Shown here piece by piece: positions 55,674 to 64,000 of a stretch of DNA of 64,000 bases. The DNA is from an uncultured Candidatus Competibacteraceae bacterium (GTDB lineage: Bacteria > Bacteroidota > Bacteroidia > CAIKAF01). The notes under the pieces are model-generated. The model worked only from the letters and a program-made list of their open reading frames with translations. It ran no database searches and was not told the origin of the DNA. Numbering within the stretch: position 1 is the first letter of the stretch; each line of letters begins with the position of its first letter. Where the stretch lies: contig CAZRHR010000005.1 in the NCBI GenBank assembly GCA_964599915.1, positions 3,145 to 67,144 of the forward strand, in the 5' to 3' direction. The translations under genes and the position numbers were made by a program.

Positions 55674-56387
55674 ATGGAAGAGATTAAACCTCGCGTACTT
55701 CTTGTAGAAGACGAAATAAATTTAGGTAACGTTCTTAAAGATTATCTGGAATTCAAAGGATACCAGATCGATCTTTGTACCAATGGTGAGGAAGGTTTCG
55801 ACACCTTTACCAAGAACCGATACGACCTTTGTATCCTGGATATCATGCTTCCTATAAAGGATGGTTATACGCTGGCCAAAGAAATTCGTCAGGCCAACCA
55901 AAGCATCCCCATCATCTTTCTCACAGCAAAAAGTTTACCGGACGACCGCATCGAGGGATTTAAAGCCGGAGCAGATGATTACCTCACCAAGCCTTTCAAC
56001 ATGGAAGAGCTGTTATTACGGGTAAAAGCGGTGCTTAAGCGTACCTCTGGATTGCCCGGCGTGGCAGAAGATGATAAAGTGTTTGACATTGGTGCTTATC
56101 ATTTCGACTCCACCCGTCAGATGTTAACTTTGAAAAATGTTGGGGAAGACCGTAAGCTTACGTCCAAAGAATCAGAGCTTCTGCGTCTTTTGGCTTTAAA
56201 TCTGAACAAAACCCTTGATCGCACCTTGGCGTTGAAAACCATTTGGGGCGACGACTCCTACTTCAACGCACGCTCTATGGATGTGTACATCACGAAATTG
56301 AGAAAATACCTCCGTGAAGATCCCAGATTGGAAATTTTAAATGTTCACGGCAAAGGATTTAAGCTTTTGGTGAACGAAACCAACTAA
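55674..56387 (+). CDS. rprY: OmpR-family response regulator, RprY-type
   Basis: Receiver D in LDIMLP, ADDYLTKPF, and the Bacteroidota signature WGDDSYFNARSMDVYITKLRK. Confidence 0.85.
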   Translation: MEEIKPRVLLVEDEINLGNVLKDYLEFKGYQIDLCTNGEEGFDTFTKNRYDLCILDIMLPIKDGYTLAKEIRQANQSIPIIFLTAKSLPDDRIEGFKAGADDYLTKPFNMEELLLRVKAVLKRTSGLPGVAEDDKVFDIGAYHFDSTRQMLTLKNVGEDRKLTSKESELLRLLALNLNKTLDRTLALKTIWGDDSYFNARSMDVYITKLRKYLREDPRLEILNVHGKGFKLLVNETN

Positions 56388-56396
56388 ATCGCCTTC

Positions 56397-59303
56397 ATGG
56401 CTGCTTTACGGGTACTTTATTGTTGGCTCATCAGCTTAATGTTGGTTGGGCAGGAGGTTCCTGTACGTAAAATTGGTGTAGAGGAGGGCTTGCCTTCTCA
56501 GCGCACTTTCGATGTGGTTGCTTTGCCCAATGGATTCATTTGGACGGCCACTTCTGCCGGACTTGTACGGTTCGACGGAAAGGAAAGTCTGGTATTCACT
56601 ACGTCTGAAGGACTTCCGGACAACAGCATTAAACGCATGGCTTATGATCCTCAAACCCAGTCCCTTTGGTTTTTAACCTCTAGGGGAAGAGTGGGTTGGG
56701 TTACGGCGCAGCATCAAGTTGTTTTACCAGAACAACCCAAGTTAAGAAGACTTGAGATGGTTGATTTGACGCCAGGATTACCCGGTTCCATGTGGCTGGC
56801 CGATGCCAATGGCGAAATTTTATGCTACCAGAATCAGCGTATCCAGCATGAAACCCGAATGGTACAAGGAAAAGTGGTTGGCATGGTTTGCGATTCTACT
56901 GGCAAGCTTTGGGTGCTTTCTAACCAACCTGCTGCCCTTTGGTCTTTTCAACCTAACACCCAGAAAGTCCCGGGTTTAGTCTGGCAAAGCCCAACGGAGA
57001 AAGTGATGAGCAGGCCGGTACTCCTTTCCAATGGCGACCTGGCCTGGTCGACCCTTTCCGGGCTTTGGCGTTTTCAACCCCATTCCAGCCATCCCCGCCC
57101 CGTCTTTTTAACCGATGCCTTTCAACAAACCCCTATTCATTGCCTTTTGCCCGACGAACATGGAAAAATTTGGGTAGGAACACCCGAAGGTCTTTGGCTG
57201 ATTGGACGTAAAAATGGAAGCTTCCAGCCTTTGAAAAGAATTTTACAGTCCTATCAAATGAAAGCCTTATCCAAAGATTTTGAGGGAAACATTTGGGTAG
57301 CCACAGCCAATTCCGGGGTATTATATCTTCCCGATCAACAGATGTCGGTTCAATCTTATGGGAGCAAACCGGCAGATCATGTGATTCAAGCCATGGAAGT
57401 TACCCCCGATGGCCGGTTGTGGGCCGGTAATATCCAAGGTGTGGTTTTTTACGGCGTACCTAATGAGCGAGCTGTACCCATTACCTTGTCCCAACGAATG
57501 CCAGTGTTGAAACTTTGTCAGGCAGGAAACCACATGTGGATTGGCACGGAACAAGGATTATATCGGTCGGATCAACCAAAAAAGCCCATTTGGCCCCGGG
57601 AAAAAATTACGGCCTTGGCTACTGATGGTGCAGACTATCTTTTTGTGGGTACGCCACAAACCCTTCATCAACTGCATGTGCCTTCGCAAAATTGGAAAAC
57701 CTATTATACCGGCGCTATATCTAGCATGTTTTGGCATCCTTTTGAAAAAGCATTGTGGATGGCCACCCCATTGGGCATTCAGCGATGGACACCCCAAGGT
57801 GCACAACGTTTAGTATCTGTAGGTTTACTTCAGGGACAAGAGATTTCAGATTTATGTTACGATGCAGAGCGAGATATGGTTTGGGCCAGTACTTTGGGTG
57901 CCGGAATTTGGGGGCTTCAGGGGAAACAGCCGCTGTTGCATATTTCCAGTAGACAAGGACTGGTGTCCGATATGATTTTTTCCATGCATTTGGATGATGA
58001 TGGACATCTTTGGGCCGCCACACCCAAGGGCATTCACCAACTTGTGTTTTCCGGGCGTCAGGTGGCCCAATTGATTTTATGGGATAAAACCCATGGCTTA
58101 CCTTCCTATGAGGTCAGTCAGGTGAAATGGTTTGGAGGTAAAGTTTTCGCAGCCACGCCTGCGGGTGTGGTGTTTTTTGAACCCCAAAAACCAAAAGAAG
58201 ATGTGACGCCACCGCCTGTTTTTATCAATAGATTATTCGTTAATAACATGCCCAAGCCAAGGGCAGATACCTTGTGGCTAGATCCTTTTGAAAACAACTT
58301 ACAAGTGGATGTTAGAGGTATTTCTTACCGAGATCCATCTGGCATTCGATTTTCTTATGTACTTGAGGGTTTAAGCCCTACGCCGGTCATGACTTCTTCC
58401 GGGAATTTATCTTTCCAAGCCTTGGCGCCAGGCTGGTACACGCTTTCTATTTTGGCCATGGACAGAAATGGACTGACCAGCCAAAAACCGGCCAAACTAA
58501 CCATCTATATTCAACCTGCTTTTTGGCAAACCCTGGCATTTAAAATTTCCGTTTTTCTTTTATTGGCAGCCGGAATTGGTGTGTTGTTCTACCTTAGGTT
58601 AAGGTGGGTGCGTCGTCGGGAGCGAGAAAAGGCTGCTTTTACCAGGACCTTAAATGAATTGAAGCTCACAGCCCTAAAAGCGCAGATGAATCCTCATTTT
58701 CTTTTTAATTCTTTAGGCTCCATTCAAAACCTCATTAATACGGACCGGAAAAAGGAAGCCAACCAATATTTGGCAAGGTTTGCCAAATTGTTGCGCATGG
58801 TTTTAGATCAAAGTGAAGAGCGAGAAGTAACATTAGCCGAAACCATGGCCCAATTGGAGCTTTATTTACAACTAGAAAGTTTGCGGTTTTCGGAGGCATT
58901 TACCTATCAAATTTTTGCTCCCTCCCAACCGCAATCCATTCCCATGCCTCCCCTTATGATTCAGCCCTTTGTGGAAAATGCCATTAAACACGGATTACTT
59001 CCCAAAGGGAATGGCGCTCATTTAATGATTCGCTTTGAATTGCGGCCGGACCAGACTTTGTACTGCTGTATAGAAGACAATGGGATTGGTCGCGTGCAAA
59101 GAGAAATTCGCAAAGGACAAAGTCGGGCCGACCATGTGAGTAAAGGCATTTCCATTACCCAAGACCGCTTACAATTGCTGAATGACCTTTCTGCGCGAAA
59201 AACCCAATTACATATCACAGATTTATACGATGCCCAAGGCCATGCCGCAGGAACAAGGGTGGAATTGATTTTGCCTCTGCCAGAAACGTTTCAACAGCCT
59301 TAA
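56397..59303 (+). CDS. Beta-propeller/YYY sensor with a LytS-type histidine kinase domain
   Basis: Reg_prop repeats (EGLPDNS, GLVSDMI), YYY domain, TM segment, LKAQMNPHFLFNSL, IQPFVENAIKHG and DNGIG motifs. Confidence 0.9.
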   Translation: MAALRVLYCWLISLMLVGQEVPVRKIGVEEGLPSQRTFDVVALPNGFIWTATSAGLVRFDGKESLVFTTSEGLPDNSIKRMAYDPQTQSLWFLTSRGRVGWVTAQHQVVLPEQPKLRRLEMVDLTPGLPGSMWLADANGEILCYQNQRIQHETRMVQGKVVGMVCDSTGKLWVLSNQPAALWSFQPNTQKVPGLVWQSPTEKVMSRPVLLSNGDLAWSTLSGLWRFQPHSSHPRPVFLTDAFQQTPIHCLLPDEHGKIWVGTPEGLWLIGRKNGSFQPLKRILQSYQMKALSKDFEGNIWVATANSGVLYLPDQQMSVQSYGSKPADHVIQAMEVTPDGRLWAGNIQGVVFYGVPNERAVPITLSQRMPVLKLCQAGNHMWIGTEQGLYRSDQPKKPIWPREKITALATDGADYLFVGTPQTLHQLHVPSQNWKTYYTGAISSMFWHPFEKALWMATPLGIQRWTPQGAQRLVSVGLLQGQEISDLCYDAERDMVWASTLGAGIWGLQGKQPLLHISSRQGLVSDMIFSMHLDDDGHLWAATPKGIHQLVFSGRQVAQLILWDKTHGLPSYEVSQVKWFGGKVFAATPAGVVFFEPQKPKEDVTPPPVFINRLFVNNMPKPRADTLWLDPFENNLQVDVRGISYRDPSGIRFSYVLEGLSPTPVMTSSGNLSFQALAPGWYTLSILAMDRNGLTSQKPAKLTIYIQPAFWQTLAFKISVFLLLAAGIGVLFYLRLRWVRRREREKAAFTRTLNELKLTALKAQMNPHFLFNSLGSIQNLINTDRKKEANQYLARFAKLLRMVLDQSEEREVTLAETMAQLELYLQLESLRFSEAFTYQIFAPSQPQSIPMPPLMIQPFVENAIKHGLLPKGNGAHLMIRFELRPDQTLYCCIEDNGIGRVQREIRKGQSRADHVSKGISITQDRLQLLNDLSARKTQLHITDLYDAQGHAAGTRVELILPLPETFQQP

Positions 59304-59428
59304 GTGACATGTTGCCGGATGTAGGCTCGTCTTTGCCATGCGCCCTTTTCCAAAGAGGATAATGGAATATTTGGGCACGAAGTAAATGTTTTATAAGGGC
59401 TTACCCTCGTGGCTGCATATGAAACGAA

Positions 59429-60145
59429 TTAGCGCTTGAGTTGCGCTTCCATGGTTTCCTTATCGGCATAACCCACATGGTTCCAAGTTTCTTTCCCATC
59501 CCGGAAAACGCGAATGACTGGAATAGCCTCAATGCGAAGCAGGCCGGATAAATCAGGATTTTGGTCTACATCGATGCGGACCAATTTTAGGTTGTCGCCG
59601 TATTTTTTTTCTAAAGCCTCTAGGTCCGGTTTCATTTGCATGCAAGGTCTGCACCATGGGGCGTAAAAATCTACGAGAACTTGTGGGTGGCTTTTGATGA
59701 GCGCCTCATATTCTTCCATGCTCATGCCTTTGATTTGTCGAACAACCGGTGGCGCTTCTTCCAAGGTAAGTCCGGCGGCTTTCCACTTTAGCAAGCCTCC
59801 CTCCAGTTCGTAAACCTGCATAAAGCCATTTTTTCTAAGCATTTCAGCGGCACTTTTGCTTCTGCCGCCACTTAAGCAATAGACAAAATAGGGTTTGCTT
59901 TTGTCGAAACCGCCCATGGCTTGCTCGAAAGTGCCATCTGAAAAGTTCAGGTTTACAGCCCCTTTCATATGCGCTTCATCAAACTCACCGGTACTGCGCA
60001 CATCCAAGATGATAGCCCCTTGGGTTTTGGCCAATTTTTCAGAAAAGCTTTTGGCATCGAGCACCTGTTGGCTGGTGGATGTGCCACAAGCGGCCAAAAA
60101 GGTCAATATCATCAAAGTAAATCCGGAACGCAGCATAAAATTCAT
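59429..60145 (-). CDS. Rhodanese-thioredoxin fusion lipoprotein
   Basis: Lipobox LAAC; rhodanese ILDVR...YCLSGGRS...LEGG; thioredoxin VDFYAPWCRPC. Confidence 0.9.
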   Translation of the reverse strand: MNFMLRSGFTLMILTFLAACGTSTSQQVLDAKSFSEKLAKTQGAIILDVRSTGEFDEAHMKGAVNLNFSDGTFEQAMGGFDKSKPYFVYCLSGGRSKSAAEMLRKNGFMQVYELEGGLLKWKAAGLTLEEAPPVVRQIKGMSMEEYEALIKSHPQVLVDFYAPWCRPCMQMKPDLEALEKKYGDNLKLVRIDVDQNPDLSGLLRIEAIPVIRVFRDGKETWNHVGYADKETMEAQLKR

Positions 60146-60193
60146 TTTAATAGGCTTAAATATACCAAGGTTCTATGAACCCGAAAAATCAAA

Positions 60194-60412
60194 TTACTTT
60201 TTTCTTTTTTGGAAGAAGCGATGGATGTCATCGCCCAAAGACCATCCGAATAGGGCCCCAAATCCTCCCATGAGGTATGGATTGCCTGTAATTGCACAGC
60301 CCTCAGGGGTGCAACCTACCCACCACCAATACGCCAATCCGGCGCCAAGTCCCAGGGCTGCCGGAATAATCCGAAACAGCATTTTTTTCCAATGATACAT
60401 TGATAGTTCCAT
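60194..60412 (-). CDS. Small two-TM membrane protein with a CxxxxC loop (DUF6132-like); start uncertain
   Basis: GLGAGLAYWWWVGCTPEGCAITGNP...GALFG. Confidence 0.7.
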   Translation of the reverse strand: MELSMYHWKKMLFRIIPAALGLGAGLAYWWWVGCTPEGCAITGNPYLMGGFGALFGWSLGDDIHRFFQKRKK

Positions 60413-60456
60413 ACACCAAAATTAGGCATGTTCTTCCTTGGTTTCCGTAACCAAAG

Positions 60457-61815
60457 TTACTTAAACTGCCAGCTGACTCCCAGGACGCCTCCCATTTGGA
60501 CGGGGTTGATGCGGGTAAAAGGTGCATGACTTAGGTTGGTGGCTGCGTATCTGGAGATTAGACCAAGGCGTATCTGGATGGGCCAGTGTCGGGGTTGGAA
60601 AGAAGCGCCAACTTGCCATTCTAAATCTAAGCGAAAGGGATTGAGTCCTGCGGTTTGTCCTACTTCGGCCCTTGAAGTCGCTCCGGTGGCCCATACCTCG
60701 TTGCGCGTTTGCACACCGGCACTTCCGCCCACTTGTCCCCAAAGTCCAAGTCTTTGGTTTTTATTTTTCCAAGTAAGCCCAACATGGATTGGAAACTGAA
60801 TCCAACCCATGGTTTGCTCAAGGCTTTGGGTGGTTTCGCCTAGGACGACATCTGTACTGAGCGCCGGACCGTCACTTTCTATGGAATTGAGGTTGGGTTC
60901 TATCCAAAGCCCTCGCAACATGCCCCATTGGGTGAAAATATGGGTTTGTAGGGTATTGGCCGGCAAAAGGTTAAACGGATGGGTGGCGATGTGTTCGCGC
61001 GAGGTACGTACCTCAATGGTCTGGTATTGGATGCCTGTACTCCATTGCCAACCCCAAGGTGAGTTTTTAAATGTTCTTTGACCACGAATCTGCAGTCCAA
61101 GCTGCCATTGTATGGGGTTGGTTTCTGTCCATCCTTGTCCTCCACCAAACGCAGGCAAATAGGGCCCGCCTGTTTGTTCTACCCCGGCCAACTGTCCAAG
61201 GAGTCCTGTTTCTAAACCCAGGTGCCATTGGGTTTTTATTTTGTTTTGGGCTAAGGTTTCTTGTTCGGGGAAGACGTTTTCGAAAATCGCCCATGCAGAG
61301 GCTTGTTCATTCTCATTCAAGAAAAATGCAGGAAAAGGACGGTAAAAATTCAGGGGTTCAATTTGAATGTTGATTGGAGTAACCGGTTCATCTTCTCTGT
61401 TTAAACCGGGAAGTAAGCTCGTCTTTTTACCCAAAACAGACATACTTTGCGAAGGTGCGGTCGTGATGTTCGGTTTTAGCGGGGAGGGTACAATGGTTTT
61501 CGGACGCAATGGCTGCGAAACATGCCCGGTAGAAATTTCAGGGCTAGGGCTATGGGTTTCACGCTGACGTTCTGCGACTTCCAAAGAAGGGACAGAGGTT
61601 TGGCTGGTTGTGCTTCCTAACCACCAACCCAAACCAAAGAGGCAGACAGAAAGTGTGGGGACAAACACCCAGAAAAACCTTCGATTTCGTCTTCTCTTTT
61701 GCTGAAGCAGCAGTTCTTCACTTACCCCTTCCCATACATGGGCAGGCACCCTGACTTCATGGTGCTGGAGTTGGTCTTTGAACCACCGGTCGAAACGAAA
61801 GGCGCCCTTGTTCAT
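60457..61815 (-). CDS. Putative anti-sigma factor with a TM helix, disordered linker and C-terminal OM beta-barrel (Dma/Reo-like)
   Basis: ATGA overlap with the ECF stop; N-terminal FD..FK..L..HE...P..VW..V; RRR followed by a TM helix; S/T/P-rich linker; beta strands ending GVSWQFK. Confidence 0.75.
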   Translation of the reverse strand: MNKGAFRFDRWFKDQLQHHEVRVPAHVWEGVSEELLLQQKRRRNRRFFWVFVPTLSVCLFGLGWWLGSTTSQTSVPSLEVAERQRETHSPSPEISTGHVSQPLRPKTIVPSPLKPNITTAPSQSMSVLGKKTSLLPGLNREDEPVTPINIQIEPLNFYRPFPAFFLNENEQASAWAIFENVFPEQETLAQNKIKTQWHLGLETGLLGQLAGVEQTGGPYLPAFGGGQGWTETNPIQWQLGLQIRGQRTFKNSPWGWQWSTGIQYQTIEVRTSREHIATHPFNLLPANTLQTHIFTQWGMLRGLWIEPNLNSIESDGPALSTDVVLGETTQSLEQTMGWIQFPIHVGLTWKNKNQRLGLWGQVGGSAGVQTRNEVWATGATSRAEVGQTAGLNPFRLDLEWQVGASFQPRHWPIQIRLGLISRYAATNLSHAPFTRINPVQMGGVLGVSWQFK

Positions 61816-62387
61816 GCGTGGTTCCATTTTCCATGTGGTACCAAATCCGGCATCGTTTCCCGAATGCGGTGTTGCAATTGTTGCCGGGCCCTTGCCAGCT
61901 GAGATTTGGAGGTGCCTTCTGAAATGCCGAGCATGTCGGCAATCTCCTTATGTGCGTATCCTTCAATGGCGTAGAGATTAAAGACCATGCGGTAACCATC
62001 GGGCAATTCACGCACCAATTGGAGCATGTCTTCTACATTCAAATAGGCATCGACACTTTCGATGGGTTCCGTTTCAGGAAGGTTGTCATGGAGTTCGGAA
62101 GACCAATGAAGTGGATTTTTCTTACGGAATCTTTCCAGTGCCGTGTGCACCATGATGCGTCTAATCCAGCCTTCAAGGCTTCCTTCACCCCGAAAATCTC
62201 TTAAATGGCTGAATACTTTGACAAATCCATCCTGTAAGTTGTCTTGGGCTTCAGAGACATCTCTTGAAAAACGAAGACATACGGCATACATTTTAGGGGC
62301 AAAAAGGTGATAAAACTTGGCGTAGGCCTTGTGGTCTCCTTTTTTGCAGGCTTCAAGTATCGTATCTATGTGTGCGTTATTTAGCAC
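61812..62387 (-). CDS. ECF-type RNA polymerase sigma factor
   Basis: [47 protein letters not shown] and SKSQLARAR motifs. GTG start at 62387 is inferred. Confidence 0.92.
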   Translation of the reverse strand: MLNNAHIDTILEACKKGDHKAYAKFYHLFAPKMYAVCLRFSRDVSEAQDNLQDGFVKVFSHLRDFRGEGSLEGWIRRIMVHTALERFRKKNPLHWSSELHDNLPETEPIESVDAYLNVEDMLQLVRELPDGYRMVFNLYAIEGYAHKEIADMLGISEGTSKSQLARARQQLQHRIRETMPDLVPHGKWNHA

Positions 62388-62601
62388 ATTCTCCCGGTCT
62401 AAAGTGTTTAATGCCAGCCGCCTCTGCGCTGCATGCATTTCCATAGGTTTTACCGTCGCAGCCGCAAACCGGGTCGTATTGCATGGTGCAAATTTTATCC
62501 GGTTGGGGTGTACCCATACAATCAACGGGTGCCTCACGCTGTTTGGATTTACATCCGGTGGCTAGGCAAAAAAGCGCAAATCCGATCAGTGGAAATTTCA
62601 T
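62377..62601 (-). CDS. Kazal-type serine protease inhibitor lipoprotein
   Basis: Lipobox-like LATGC, then C-x9[22 protein letters not shown]...GEC (Kazal consensus). Confidence 0.88.
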   Translation of the reverse strand: MKFPLIGFALFCLATGCKSKQREAPVDCMGTPQPDKICTMQYDPVCGCDGKTYGNACSAEAAGIKHFRPGECAK

Positions 62602-62648
62602 CGCTAGGTTTTGGCGTTGTTTCACAAAAAACAAGTTCTGCAAGGTAC

Positions 62649-62684
62649 AAAAAAAAGAGGCTGTCTGGTGAAAGACAGCCTCTT
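62649..62684 (-). terminator. Intrinsic terminator of the upstream T9SS cargo gene
   Basis: 12-bp stem AAGAGGCTGTCT/AGACAGCCTCTT with an A-run. Confidence 0.85.
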
Positions 62685-62703
62685 CTCATTTTTAAAAATA
62701 AGG

Positions 62704-63999
62704 TTATTGAACCAAGATCCGCAAAGTAGCAGTTTGCTCTCCTTGGTTTACTTGCATGAAGTAAACGCCGGTGGCATAACCATCCATTTGTTTGGTGAAA
62801 GAGCCGGTTACCATAAAGGTTTCCATTTGTCTTCCTTGCGCATCCATGATAGATACGGACGCCTGATTCCAGTTTTCAGGTAATTGCACATGCAACGCAC
62901 CTTGGGTTGGGTTTGGACCGAAAGTGATGCCCAAAGATTGTGCATCGGCAAAACCTAAACAATTGACCACCATTAGGTCGTCGGTAGCTGTTCCGGTACA
63001 TCCGTTGTTATCTACAAACGTGTAGGTGATGACGTAATTGCCGGGGTTGGTATTTGGGTCAAACGAGGTTCCGGTAACGCCAGTTCCAGAGAACACGCCA
63101 TTGCTTGGGCTACCACCTGCTAAAGATACAAGACCATTGTTGGTACATACAGAGTCAATACCCAAGTCTAAACTTACCATCGGTAAAGGATTTACGGTAA
63201 TGGTTACGGAAGCCGTATCGCTGCAACCGTTGCCGTCTGTGCCAATGACCAAGTAGGTATCCGTTCCTGCAGGTGTGAAGGCCACGCCATCTTGTACATT
63301 GTTGTTCCAAGTAAGGTTGGGGGCACCTGAAGCGGTAAGGGTTACGCTGCTACCTTGACACACACTGTTGCTGCTGGATTGAATAGCAACCACAGGGGCT
63401 AGGTTTACGGTTGGAGTTACAGATACAGTGTCTGTGCAGCCATCAGGTCCGTAACCAATGACAGTGTAGGTAATGGGCTGTACAGGGAAAGCTACGCCAT
63501 TTTGTACACCATTGTCCCACGTATAGGTTGAAGCGCCTGAAGCGGTTAAAGTGAAGTTGGCTCCTTCGCAAATGCTGTTAGCAGATTGTTGTACGGAGAC
63601 AGTTGGGTTGGTTCCCACCGGAATAGTTACAGAAGCTGTATTGGAACAGTTGTTCTGGTCTGTACCTGTCACCGTGTAGGTAAGGGTGGAAGAGGGCGTA
63701 AAGGCTACACCATTTTGTACGCCATTGTCCCAGCTGTAGGTATTCGCACCGCCACCTGTCAAGGTTACGGAAACACCGTTACAAGCTGTAGTAGGAGAAG
63801 AGCTGGCGGTTACGGTAGGTAGCGGATTTACCGTTACGTTTACTGGGGCTGAGGTAATGGAACATCCATTTCCTATCGCGGTAGAAACGGTGTAGGCACC
63901 AGCCGTGTTTACGGTGATACTATTTCCAGTCGCATTGTTGCTCCAAGTATTTCCAGAAGCAGCGGAGCTGTTAAGCTGTACAGAACCACCTTGGCAGAA
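62704..63999 (-). CDS. T9SS type A cargo protein with tandem Ig-like repeats, 3' part only; starts beyond the window
   Basis: The frame is open to the window edge; repeats of TLTASGA.TY.W.NGVQNGVAF; CTD FGPNPTQG...GVYFMQV...ILVQ. Confidence 0.85.
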   Translation of the reverse strand, partial: FCQGGSVQLNSSAASGNTWSNNATGNSITVNTAGAYTVSTAIGNGCSITSAPVNVTVNPLPTVTASSSPTTACNGVSVTLTGGGANTYSWDNGVQNGVAFTPSSTLTYTVTGTDQNNCSNTASVTIPVGTNPTVSVQQSANSICEGANFTLTASGASTYTWDNGVQNGVAFPVQPITYTVIGYGPDGCTDTVSVTPTVNLAPVVAIQSSSNSVCQGSSVTLTASGAPNLTWNNNVQDGVAFTPAGTDTYLVIGTDGNGCSDTASVTITVNPLPMVSLDLGIDSVCTNNGLVSLAGGSPSNGVFSGTGVTGTSFDPNTNPGNYVITYTFVDNNGCTGTATDDLMVVNCLGFADAQSLGITFGPNPTQGALHVQLPENWNQASVSIMDAQGRQMETFMVTGSFTKQMDGYATGVYFMQVNQGEQTATLRILVQ

Positions 64000-64000
64000 A

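Overview
This is ordinary Bacteroidota chromosome, most likely Flavobacteriales-type. The evidence is TAnnTTTG promoters, no Shine-Dalgarno motifs, T9SS cargo proteins and Gln+1 signal peptides. Housekeeping genes include metG, recQ, amn, galE, envC, pheT, a dihydroorotase, nadD, gmhA, kdtA, apaG and an RprX/RprY-type two-component pair. They are mixed with many peptidases and T9SS cargo proteins. I found no rRNA, tRNA, CRISPR array, IS element or prophage. The main candidates for a second look are: (1) four paralogous secreted Gly-rich proteins, three of them in tandem, whose tips resemble the ALK/LTK glycine-rich (polyglycine-II) domain and which lack a T9SS signal; (2) a tightly overlapping Kazal-inhibitor lipoprotein / ECF sigma / dual-membrane-spanning anti-sigma operon; (3) a lone PD-(D/E)XK nuclease-like gene; (4) a non-canonical LexA-like repressor divergent from dinB; (5) an orphan CbbR-like LysR with an intact box but no divergent target gene; and (6) a recurring promoter-to-start spacing of 4-5 nt that implies near-leaderless mRNAs. 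All family assignments come from motif recognition by eye; no database searches were run.
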